Part shown: piece after piece, positions 9,761 to 21,289 of the stretch
How positions within the stretch are numbered: the stretch's first letter is position 1
How the letters are laid out: the number at the start of each line of letters is the position of its first letter
Notes under the pieces: model-generated
The model's database searches: none
Told to the model about the DNA's origin: nothing
The model's input: only the letters and a program-made list of their open reading frames with translations
Program-made: the position numbers and the translations under genes
Assembly (NCBI RefSeq): GCF_018977255.1
Contig: NW_024704742.1
Span: forward strand, 54,872,001 to 54,936,000
Direction of reading: 5' to 3'
DNA length: 64,000 bases
Origin: Callorhinchus milii
Lineage: Eukaryota

Positions 9761-12700
9761 ACTGAACCTCTGGAACTCCTTGCTTCAGTCCCTCCACTTT
9801 GCTCCCTTTTTGCCTGTCTGAGCTCTCTGGAACGCTGCCCTGCGTGAGGGGGGGGCTTTATAAATGCAAGTTGTTATTATTGTTGTTTTCTCCCCAGCTC
9901 GGCCATTGTACAGTGCTCTGAGATGCTATGGTGCTGTGTAAATGCATGTTGTTGTTATTGCATTGTGCCAATGCGGAAACTAATGTAGTGTCGACACACA
10001 CCACCAGTATCCTGAAACCATGTGGTGATTCTCCATGGTTTTGAATGAGGGAGAACCCTGTGTATGTAGCAAGTAAATCTGTCCATGCATGTCTTCTCTC
10101 TAATGGTGGCCAGCAGAAAGGATTGGACGTGTGCCAGTAGATAGTCACAGGAAGGTCTTAATGTGCATCATAAGGTCCTGAGATAGATTTGATCCTAGAG
10201 AATTGGTGCTATCTCTACCACCTGACCACCACCTTCAGTGGAAGCAATGCAGCTAATAAGAATAGAAGTGCTCGCTGCATCTGTTAATTATATGATTTAC
10301 ACAGCTATGAGGAGATGTTCAGCACAACGATCATAACAACACACAGCACCTTTTGATGACTATACCTGGCATCCTGCTTCCAGGCCTCCCTGACACCCAG
10401 TTAAATTTTACTGAAATATCTGCAATCTTTCTTTTACCTGGTCTGCTCTCCAAGCTTCCTCACGCAGCTCACTTTATTCTTTAGCTAAGATGTAAATAAT
10501 CTGTAAGGAAGTGAGTAGTTTAAAACAATTGAGGGATACTCTTCCATTTTGCATGATTACGCCCGGGGTCTATTTAACCGCTCTGAGATGTTATCCTATG
10601 TGAAGGGCGCTAAATAAATGCAAGTTGTTGTCCTTGTTGCAGTGTCTTATGTTTATGTGTTACATGTCAAAATGTGGCCTTCTGAAATGCATGGACAACT
10701 CTCAATGAATCATAAGCAGAACAGTGACAAAGAAAACATTTGTGGCATGACCACAAAGCCGAGCAAGGCTTGATGTTAAAAATAAATACACTGGAGTGAA
10801 GATATTGCACACAGAGGGTGACCAGCAAACTGAAGGGTGAAACGGCATCATGGGGGCTCATTTACATGGAGCTTTGAAAAGCAAATCATCCAGGGATGCA
10901 CATCAGCCTGTCTCTTCAGAATAGATAAAAATAGATTGGGACAAGTAAAGATTGAATTGATGCACTGTTCTATGACACTTGTGAGAGAAATGATTTGAAA
11001 CAAGCCTTTCTGTCTTAGGCATTTGTTTGAATGCAGCCCACATTGACGAGATGAAAGTCTCCTCTCTGCAAGATTGTTAATGATAATAGTTCTCAATCCT
11101 AGTGGTTTCCTGCAACAATTAACTATCTGTGACTATAATTGGAAATGTGTCACTCAGACAAGGTGAGTGAGCATGTGAGTCAGCATGAGAAATAGAAATA
11201 CTTTAGCTGAAAAATAGGCATTGTATTATAGGAGGTGATATCCTTTGGATGAGATGTGAAGAATAAATATTGATGCAGACTAGATGGGCCAAATGGCCTG
11301 TTTCCATGCTGTAACGTTCCATGTAATTCTATGTATGTAGGCTTAGCCCAAAAATCACTTTCAGACAAATTCTACCTGGGTCTAAATATATTCTATTTAC
11401 GTAACACTTAGTAGAATCCATTATTTGGCAAATTCTTAAATGCGTCTTAACTTTGAAGCGAGTTTTCTGTTAGTTTTCAACTAACTTACAGAAAAACAGT
11501 TTCAGAATTGTTAAGATAATTTACAGAAAACGGACTTTAAAATCAAGCAGAATTCACGAATTTGCCAAATTCTGGTTATGGTTAAATGGTAAGAAAATAG
11601 AGTCAATCTAAACCCAGGTAGAATTTCTACCCAGTAGTCCTGTAGGCAGCTGGCAGTTAGACAATCACAAGCAGAATTATTTCTACTTCTAGATTGACAC
11701 AAACTACTCTCTTATATAAGAAGATAGAAGGTCACCGTGTCGGTACTACTGGGTCCTTGGCAGCTATAGGATGTTCAAATGTGGTCGGAGTGACACATCC
11801 TTCCCCCCTCTCCCTCCTGAATTTTTCCATTTTTCTCTCTCACTGCTCGAAAAATTTACTAACATTCACCTTTATTGTGTTAAACCAATTGTAACACGAT
11901 TCTATTTGTCTGTTTCTGACAGTTGTGTTTAGTGCAGGACATGCAGACTTTAGTTGAGATTTAAATTATATCTTAATCATCTTGAACCTTCTCCAGGGAC
12001 AACAATTTAATTATTTTAACCCCATGCTATGGTGGAGAGCGATATAACTCCCCATTTCTACAGTACTGCAGTATTGAATAGCTGGTGCACAGGACTGGGC
12101 TTTTATGCATGCTGTGTGCAACACTTCCTCTATCTCTCCGCCTGACCCCTTCCTTCCCCATCTTCAGGTCGCGCCTGAAGACCTTCATTTTCGACCGTGC
12201 CTATGATCACCTCCCCCTCCCCTCAAAGTTGCGCTCTGCCACTGTCAAGCTCACTGGGATGCTACCCTGCGTGATGGGTGCTATATAAATGCAAGTTGTT
12301 GTGTAGCTGATAAGTTTATGTAGTGCCTTTCATGTAAAAACAAACTTTTTGAAGCATACAAAACAATAATATAAATTATCTTATTATAAGCACTTTATAC
12401 AATTTGCAATTGATTAGAAATGAGCTGCGTTTTATTTAGGCAAATGTGCATAGACTTTTGTCTTTTTTCAATAATCTATTATAAAATATTTGTTATTTCC
12501 ACCAATAGCTCAAGTGATAAAGCCAGTGCGCCTTGAAACTTAACAGAATAGCAGCAAGGGTGCTGGAATTGTCCTGGGCATGCTGGGTTATGGAAGAAGG
12601 ATAGAGCAAAAATCAACAAGAGTTAATTCCTATTGGAAAATATGACAGTGGTTGTCAGGTGTAGTCAGGATTGAGCTAGGCTGTATGTGCCTATAATACC

Positions 12701-14009
12701 CATTACTGAGTACAACACAATACAAACTTGCATTTGCATAGCGCCTTTCACATTGAGAAATGGGCCAAGGAGCTTATCAATAGTGTCTTGGCATCCGAGC
12801 TGGGTTAGTCTTGTCCACCCTACATCAGCAACATTCTACAAACACTGTCGCTCTCTCTGACCAGTCTACTTCACGTCACCGCCATACCATCGGCGATCAG
12901 GCTTTCAGCATATCTACCCCCACCCTCTGGAACTTCATCCCAAAGTCCCATTTGTTTACCCATTTCCTCACCTCCTTCATCTCCTTCAAGGTCCACCTCA
13001 CGATTTTTTGGGACATCTCCCCACTCCCACTCATTACCTCCCCTCCCTTGCCCCTCCCCAACCCCCTGGCCCCTTCTCCAAGTTTAGGTGCAAACCTGGA
13101 CTATCTAGCACCATCAGATGTTCTCCCTGTATGAAAGGCACTATTGAAATATAAATTTGTACTATGTTGTAATAGATCTCTCTACCAGAGGGAACGGTCG
13201 CCCACTATCTCTCATCTGTCAATTCCTTTCAATATTGGAGTACTTCAATCAGATAATTAATTTAATTAATTTGAATTACTTAATTCAGATTATTAATTTA
13301 ATTATTTTGAATTCCCTTTCAGAGAACCAGGAAGGGAAAGGAAAATTTAAGGCTGTTTAAATCAGTCAAAATCATAGGTTTTTTTTACAAATTGGGTATT
13401 AAAGACAGGTAAAGAAGAAGCAAGGTGAAAGCTACACCTCACATACAAAATACAGTCACTACACTTTCAAGCATATCCTGTGAAGCATTTTGAGATGTCC
13501 TCCCTATGTGAAAGGCACTATATCAAATATAAGAATTATTATTAACTCATATCCAGCAACAGGTTGCATTCATCTAACATTCTTTATGTAGGATAGAGTC
13601 TCAAAATCCTGCATAGTGATGGAGTTGAATATTGGGCAAGGGAGAAGGGGGAGGGGGAAATGAATGCAAGTGGAGTCTTTGATGTCGACACAAAAACATG
13701 TATTTACTATAGTTCCTTTCTAAAAGCTAGCAATGGTTAATGGTGTTATTATGCATTGATGCTCCAGCTCCATTTCATAGTGTGAATCAGTGTGATACAG
13801 GCCACAGTCCAATGATTCTTCGTATGACACCACCCCAATTTTGGCTGCCTCATAAGAGGGATGCAGTCAGCCAAGAGTAAGTATGGCATCAAGGAAAGGG
13901 CAAAGAGAAACTCTGAGCTGAAGTCATAAATGAAACTCATAATGATCTATGAATTGAATTAACATCTTTCTTGCTGTCTTAACACTTAAATGTGATCCGA
14001 CAATCCTTG

Positions 14010-14396
14010 CCCTCAATTGGCAGCACAGACCAGTCACTGGGGACGGTAACTCTTCTCACTCAACACCCGTTAACCCTGCAAGCTAAATCCCTAATGGGTG
14101 GGGTGGTCCTGGCTAGACATGCAGCGGGAAAGCTTGCCAGACAGTGCTCTTTTAACTGGTTAGACTCCAGCAGTTCCCCGAAGCACAGCCTTAGCTCTTG
14201 CCAATCTGGGCCTAATACTTTCTGGAATTAGGTAAGGAAGATATAGCCCTCCATGGAGAGAGTTCCAATTCCAACAAATATCCTGTGAATCTCCATTTAT
14301 AGGTGGGATGGGTGGAACTCTCAGCTTGGTTTGGATACTCTTAAGCATGGTGATGGGTTACAGCATGTGTCAGACACGCAGCTGACCCCCAAAAAA
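14010..14396 (+). repeat. Unclassified interspersed repeat copy
   Basis: Ends GGATACTCTTAAGCATGGTGATGGG...CAGACACGCAGCTGACCCCCAAAAAA. Confidence 0.8.
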
Positions 14397-15394
14397 TTGC
14401 ATTGTACAACAACAACTTACATTTATACAGTACCCTGCTATATGTCTAGCTAGTGTCTCGACATACTTAACTGGATTATAATAACCAAATAATAATAATA
14501 ATAATCATTATATTTGATATTGCACCTTATTACATCATCAAACTGTCTCAAAGTGTTTCACAGGATTTTACTATCATTTTATTATGATTTTACTATGTGT
14601 GCTTATATTACTTGTGAGCTGTGCCTGTGCTTATAGTGCTGTGAGCACTTTCAAAATGTGTAGTCCTACATGCAGTTTCAAAAGTATCAGAGTTCAGAAA
14701 GAGACCAAGTTACCATCAGTGCTTACATAACCCTTGAAACCTTCAAGAAACAATAGAGTGAAGAATTGCTCTTATTATGTGATAATTATTACAGGTCTCA
14801 GTCTGACCAAAGAGGAGCCCCTCTATAGTGTAGATGTGAATTTACTTTTTTTCCCAAAGGACGGTTCACTTGAAGTAAAGGAATAGAAGTGAGAGAATAT
14901 TATTAGTACTGTAGACAGCAATTCGAGAAAGTGTGCTGTTGAATACTTCTAGGATTTGCACAGATGGATGTAATGTTTCAGTATCAATGAATTGCAGGGA
15001 CTTAGGGATACTCCACAATCTGTTTGAACCTTGAAGAACCAGTGTTTCAGTTCAGAAATTCTGTAGTTTGAGAAAACAACTGCATTTATATGCAGCCTTC
15101 ATTGCCAGTAGTGTCTCAAAGCGTTTAAATAAGTCATTTATGGCTCTGAAAAGCTCTCAGATTCTTTGTTTTATATTTTCAGGGCAAGAAATGTACATTT
15201 GTTGCAAATGCCTTATGAGATATTAAAAAAAGTTGCTGTGAAAAATTCACTTCTCAATATATTGCAGGATTTCTTTAAATAAAAGCGTTTGTGTTAATCA
15301 TTGTAGTCCCCAAGCATTGAATGTGTGAGGCCATTAACCAAACTGTTACAGTACTGGAAGATTGAAACCATCAAATCTGTCACTTTGATTTTGG

Positions 15395-15825
15395 CCAGCC
15401 GGTTGTCTTGACACATGCTTAAGGATATTCAACACGGACTGAAAGTTCCACAAAAATATGTCACCTACACATGGAAATGTTCTTAACTATAATGGAATGC
15501 ACACTCTCTCCCTGGAAGGATACACCCTGTTTACCTAATTCCTGAGAGTACTAGGTACAGATTGGGGACCCCAGACTGTGTTGGGGTACTGCTGGAGTCT
15601 GATCAGTTTAACCTAGTGGCTGTTGTAAAACTACACAGCTTGCCATTGTAGTTGTTAACCAGGACCAACCTACCTCTTAGGGTTTGGGTTCGTAGAGTCT
15701 CCAGAGCTGAGTGGGAAGAATGCTTGCCCTTAATGACTAGTTTGCCCCCTCAAATCCTGCCAACGAGACAGACTGGCTAGTCTGGCATCAGCATGCCCTG
15801 GAATACTGAGGACCTACCTTGCTCA
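15395..15825 (-). repeat. Unclassified interspersed repeat copy
   Basis: Shared motifs AATGGAATGCACACTCTCTCCCTGGA, TTACCTAATTCC, GGGTACTGCTGGAGTC. Confidence 0.75.
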
Positions 15826-15830
15826 GAACC

Positions 15831-16189
15831 ATAATAATAATAATAATCCTTGCATTTCATATACTGTCTTATAAGGTTGTTGAGACATCTCAAAGCACTT
15901 CACGGAATATATTGTGAAGTGAATTGACTGTATTTTGAGGGCCAAATGTGGCACAGGAGTGTCCCACAAACAGTCGTGGATTGAATGACCAAATTTTTTA
16001 AATTCTTTTTGGAGGGATGCCCCAGGAAAACGATCCGCCAATCGACTAACAACTGGGTTCCTATTTAATGCTAGGTAAACAGGCAGGTAGAGTAAGGAAA
16101 CTTGCCTTAAGTTTTATCCTGCCCAGGAATCGAACCGAGATCCTCTCATTTGCGAGATGTACGTGCTAACCACTATGCTACAGGACTCC
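15831..16189 (-). mobile_element. tRNA-Ala-headed SINE, long-linker variant
   Basis: Reverse complement of the family; carries an extra internal segment (GTTTACCTAGCA..AATAGGAACCCAGTTGTTAGTCGATTGG). Confidence 0.88.
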
Positions 16190-16506
16190 ATTTACCACCG
16201 ATTACCAAAACCATCATAGAAGGGTGACATGATTCTGACATTTCATTGTCAAGCATGTCACCCTTGAGCCAGCTCAGGTCCAAGATAACCCTACTTATTA
16301 ACCCCTCCCCCCCACACCCCTGGAGGATAGTCTCGGTCTCTTTACTCATTAATTTGTAAAGGTTACAATATTACATATGATCTTTTAGGATTGTATAACA
16401 ACCTAATAAACATTACTAGTCAATAAAAAATTAAAAAAACAAAATGTTGTGCGCAAACCATAATCTTTGTATTGTTTTTAACTGGGCTTTTTCTTTTTTG
16501 TCACAG

Positions 16507-16533
16507 TTTCAATGAAAAATGTTGGAGAGAAAG
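16507..16533 (+). CDS. ZDHHC2: ZDHHC2 palmitoyltransferase, coding exon 2 (27 nt)
   Basis: Polypyrimidine tract-tcacAG|TTTCAATGAAAAATGTTGGAGAGAAAG|GTaggt; encodes (V)SMKNVGEK(V), cf. ZDHHC2 VSMENTGEQV; phase 1-1. Confidence 0.9.
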
Positions 16534-16609
16534 GTAGGTAGCTATTCTCAAGCATGTTGGGTTTAATAATACAGCACTGTTTATAGCTCTTCGTTAATAA
16601 ACATTTCCC

Positions 16610-17030
16610 CCAGTGTGTGGCTGAATCAGACAACAAAGCAGTTCCAGGTTTGATCCTTGCTCTGTGTTGAGTCAGATGATCCCTTCTGGGGCAACAATAT
16701 GAAAACTAAAATTGGCCTCAGGAGTGCTTGTGCAAGGGAGGGATAAATTATCCCGAGTTCTTTCTACTAATCACTTGCTAGAGTGAAGGATCAGTTTCCA
16801 ACAGGATCCCATTGCTAAGGTCACACATCAAAGAAGTATTTTGGGCAGCTTGATGCTGTGATGGGACGATGGTTGGGTGGGTATTCTGGAGGAATGAGAT
16901 CAGATGGGTGAAAGGGCCTTCTTTATCTGAACCAATTTTGTGATCTTAAAAGAAACTGAAGGGTGCCAATCTGGTACCTGTGGAACTACATTTCAGCATG
17001 AATGAACACCTTTAGCAGTGGACAATATAA
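16610..17030 (+). mobile_element. Ancient SINE-like repeat (separate family) with an inserted CR1 tail
   Basis: CCAGGTTTGATCCTTGCTCTGTGTTGAGT...AATTGGCCTCAG; complementary relatives at ~35895-36045, ~34970-35190 and ~26640-26760, same-strand at ~12520-12700; CR1 tail at ~16860-16947. Confidence 0.45.
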
Positions 17031-17442
17031 ATCTGGAGGGCGAAAAAGACCTCCTTAATATATTTTTATCCTTAGTATGTAAATCCAATTACCATATCAA
17101 CATATCATACACCAAATTACTGTATCATTTCAGTCCCAGCATAATTATAGCATTAGAAGCTCTCATTGCTGAACAGAAGTGAACCTGTAATTGACTATAA
17201 ATTAAAACCGACAAACCTTGTATATCATTATATTAAAACAGAAATCTGAAATATATAGGTTTTTTTTTTTAAGACCGTTTCAACTGTGTTTTTTGGTCAC
17301 TTCTCTTTCACTCAACTCTCAAGTCAGGCATCTTGTGAGTTCAGTAAAGTGCTTTGAGATGTCCTCCTGACATGACAGGAGCTATGTAAATGTAAAATTG
17401 TGGTTGTTGTAATTTCTACAGTTATGATCTCTTATCTTCTAG

Positions 17443-17537
17443 TTGTATGCCTTGTAGTTTATCATCTGCTTTTCATCATGTTTGTGTGGTCGTATTGGAA
17501 AACCATCTTCACAAAGCCATTGAATCCAAGTAAAGAG
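17443..17537 (+). CDS. ZDHHC2: ZDHHC2 coding exon 3 (TM2)
   Basis: ttctAG|...|GTaagt, 95 nt; VVCLVVYHLLFIMFVWSYWKTIFTKPLNPSKE. Confidence 0.96.
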
Positions 17538-17887
17538 GTAAGTAGGAGCAGTGAGCAATCTGTGTGCATGAACTCGTTTCTACCTTGGTGAAATTAATTT
17601 GCCCCATGTTAATCTTCAGTCTGGCCTCTGGAGGGTGAGGGGTGAAAGTAAGCGGGCTTACTATAAGGAGCTGAGTTGACGACAAGTTGACGTACCTGGT
17701 AATGAAATATCTGAATTGAGTCAATGAGGATATTAGGCTCCTGGTGTTAAGTATTAACTCAAGAAGATAAAGATTATGCCCAGCGTACGTCACAGTCAAC
17801 TTATTAAACCAGTGGAGTCGCTCGCAAAGTATATTTATTGCATTGTTCAATATATTTGACAATATCATTGAATTAAATTTTCCACAG

Positions 17888-18008
17888 TTTCATCTGTCGT
17901 ACACAGACAGAGAGCAGATAGAACGGGAAGATCGAGGCGAAGGTCAGCAGGAAGTCCTGAGACGGATGGCCAAGGAATTGCCCATCTACACAAGAACCTT
18001 ATCTGGAG
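17888..18008 (+). CDS. ZDHHC2: ZDHHC2 coding exon 4
   Basis: ccacAG|...|GTaaat, 121 nt; FHLSYTDREQIEREDRGEGQQEVLRRMAKELPIYTRTLSG. Confidence 0.96.
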
Positions 18009-19202
18009 GTAAATGTTTACCAGCTACACAAGTAATGTCAATTTCAGTACAAAGTCAGGTCCAATAAAGTATTAGAAAGTAGCTAAAGGATGTTAAAGGT
18101 CACTTGTTAATCTACTCTAAGCCTAATTGAGTTTGCCGTGAATTGGAGGAGGGAAGGCTCTTGGTGGTCTTATTCCAAGTGCTCCAGATTCATGTTCAGC
18201 TTAATTTATATAGATACCAAGCAAGTCACTAGTTACATTTGAACCATATATCAACAATGTTATTGCATAAGTGCACAACTTCACACATGTCTGAAAACTG
18301 AAGCCTTTGTCCTCACTTTGCTTCACTCCAAATGCTTACATATCACAAAAAGGCCATATGTTTTCCTTACTGAATATACACCATAATAACTTGGTAAAGT
18401 CAGACTACATTATATAACACAAATTGATAACAAGTAGGACAGATGACAGTACAAACCTAGCCAATTGACCCAGAAATTGGACCACAGTTATTGTGGAGTT
18501 TGTGCTTCTTTGCCAAATACTGGTCTAGAAAATAGATACGGTCTCTGTACAAAAAACAAAGGTAGCAGTGATTCATTTGTAAAAGAGCTAGAGGGAAAAA
18601 TAATTTTCTCAAAGTCATGAGATTGTTCAATGCTAAAACTGTGTTCAGGACAGGTTTTATAGACACATTTTTGACCACATCTTCTGTATTGATCCTTTAA
18701 CATTACCAGTGATAATTGAAGAACAGAACATATTCAGAAATACTGCAATTTTAATCCTTTAAAATAAGTTTCCTCCAAGGAACCCCATGTACATCGCAGA
18801 AACCCTTGAAAACTCAACTCCATTGAGATCTCAGATCAGAGTTGAGGTTGCATAGGTCAACATGATGTTTATTATTATTATGAAGAGCCATAGAAATGTT
18901 TTTTTTTAGAACTACAGAAACTTACAGCACAGAAGAGGGTCTTTTAGCCTAACGTGTCTGTGCTGGCTCTTATAAAGAGCAATCTTTTCAGTCCTATTTA
19001 CCTGTCTTTTTCCCATGCCCGATACGTGATGTACATAATGAGAAACTTTGCATACCTTTCTCCATATGAGACTCAGCAATACCACTACTCCCTGGATCAT
19101 TTCTTCATGTTTCGAAAGGGTGACATTTTTACAAATATCTGTAGTGTTATTCTTATGAATAATTGTTGTATCCGGTTCTCACCTATGGTGTTGCTTTCAC
19201 AG

Positions 19203-19272
19203 CGATCCGATACTGTGACAGATGTCAGCTCGTGAAGCCAGACCGCTGTCATCACTGCTCTGTGTGTGACAA
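19203..19272 (+). CDS. ZDHHC2: ZDHHC2 coding exon 5 (start of Cys-rich DHHC domain)
   Basis: ttcacAG|...|GTaagc, 70 nt; AIRYCDRCQLVKPDRCHHCSVCDK. Confidence 0.97.
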
Positions 19273-20132
19273 GTAAGCATTTATTTTAATAAGGTCTAAC
19301 AGTTTTCTGAATTTGTCATCAGTTTAATAAATGTTTTAGTGCACAGGTGTACTACTAATGAGTGTATATATATAACTATATATATAATTATTTGTAGTAC
19401 ATAATAATAAATATATATATAGTCATATGAGAGTCAATTATATACTGCTTTGGAGTTTTGCCATTGAAAGGTCAACTGCCACAGTTCATCTCTATCTTTG
19501 TCACTAATGCAACAACAACAAATTACATTTCTACAGCGTCTTTCACGTCGGGAGGATGTTCCAAGGCACTGGACCACACATTGCACACCATCACCAACAA
19601 CAGCTTGCATTTATATAGTTCCCTTCACATAGGATAATGTCTTGGATCACTTCACAATGGTGGGTAATTATAATCATCATCATTATTATGGATGTTATTG
19701 TAGCAGCTCCACATCACATGACAGAATCATAACACGTTCGGCAATGCTATGATGTCTACATGGGCAGGCAGTATGGTGGCAGATGCAGTTCAATTTAGAA
19801 AAATGAAAAACTATGATATTTGGTTGGATAAAGGTCAGAATTAAATATGTATTGATTGACCATGTGCTGACCAGAGGTACTGTATAACTAATGGTGTTAG
19901 CTGACTGGAAAAGAATGTGAGAATTAATATAATGCTTAACAAAGGATTAACAATCCTGCAAATAAAATACAGCTTAATCCCCTGAATTATATTGCTACAG
20001 CATTGCAGGAAACTGGGAGCCGTGGCGAATAAATACAAATTATTGTTGGTCTTATGTCCTGCTGGCCTCCTGCATACTAACAAAATAGCCATTTAGATGA
20101 GCCAGCCAGTTGGCTTTATACAATTCACTGAC

Positions 20133-20460
20133 TATAATAATAATCCTAATAATAATCCTTTGCATTTGATATAGCGCTTTTCACGTCGGGAGGACATCCC
20201 AAAGCGCTTCACAGAATATACTGTAAAGTGAATTGACTGTGTATTTGTGGGCGAACGCGGCAGCCAATTGCGCACAGCAATGTCCCACAAACAGTCATGG
20301 ATTGAAAATGACCAATTTATTATTGTTTTGTTTTTTGGAGGGATTATTATTAGGTGTGTGGAGTAAGCAAACTTGCCCAAGGTTTTGCCCTGTGCCTGGA
20401 ATTGAACTCAGGTCTTTCGCTTGCAAAGCGAGTGCTCTAACCACTGAGCTACAGGACTCC
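20133..20460 (-). mobile_element. tRNA-Ala-headed SINE, young subfamily
   Basis: Reverse complement of 4104-4420 with few differences. Confidence 0.93.
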
Positions 20461-20933
20461 ACACTAATCACTCTAATGACTAATCACTCTTGATCATGTA
20501 CTGTCATAATATTAGTTGGAACTACCAAAAAACACCTTATAATTGGGCTCTGATATATATAATACAGTAACAGAAATTCACGAGTGATGTCAGCCCACCG
20601 ATGTGGTCTAAATTCCACAGTCTGTTTGATGATTTTATTAGTAACTTTCTACTGTACATTGAAGATATTGTAGGAAGTTGGATGGAAGGCTAGGTGGATT
20701 GATGGTTTACTGAAGTTCTTACTGTTATTAATGTAATGTATATGGAATAATAGTGCACATAGTTATCATGCCAAATGGAGAGAACTAGACTGTGGTGCTT
20801 CTGATTTATTATTAATTCTAATGTTTATTCTGTTCATAAAGCAATTGGAATCAACAACTATAAATTACATTTGTATAGCTTCTTTCATGTTGGGAGGACG
20901 TCCCTGGGCGCTGGAATCATATTCAATGATATT

Positions 20934-21289
20934 GAAGTCCTGTAGCTTAGTGGTTAGAGCACTTGCCTTACAAGTGAGAGACCTGGGTTTAATTCCAGGG
21001 CAGGGTAAACATTGAGCAAGTTTCCTTACTCCACATACGTCTGTTTACCTAGCAGTAAGTCGGAAACCCGGTTGTTAGTCGATTGGTAGATCGCTTTTCC
21101 GGGGGTAATAATCCCTTAAAAAAAATCGGGTCATTCAATTCACGATTGTGGGACACTGCTGTGTGCAATTGGCTGCCGGATTTCATCTACAAAATATACA
21201 ATCAATTCACTTTACAGTATATTCTGTGAAACACTTTGAGACATCATGAAGACGTGATAAAGCACTATACCAAATGCAAGGATTATTAT
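20934..21289 (+). mobile_element. tRNA-Ala-headed SINE, long-linker variant
   Basis: Same extra internal segment as 15831-16189. Confidence 0.88.

Noticed and set aside
1..16506. ZDHHC2 exon 1 and promoter
   Set aside because: No CpG island and no segment encoding the expected YWIPVVFI...WSYYAY N-terminus; probably upstream of the window.
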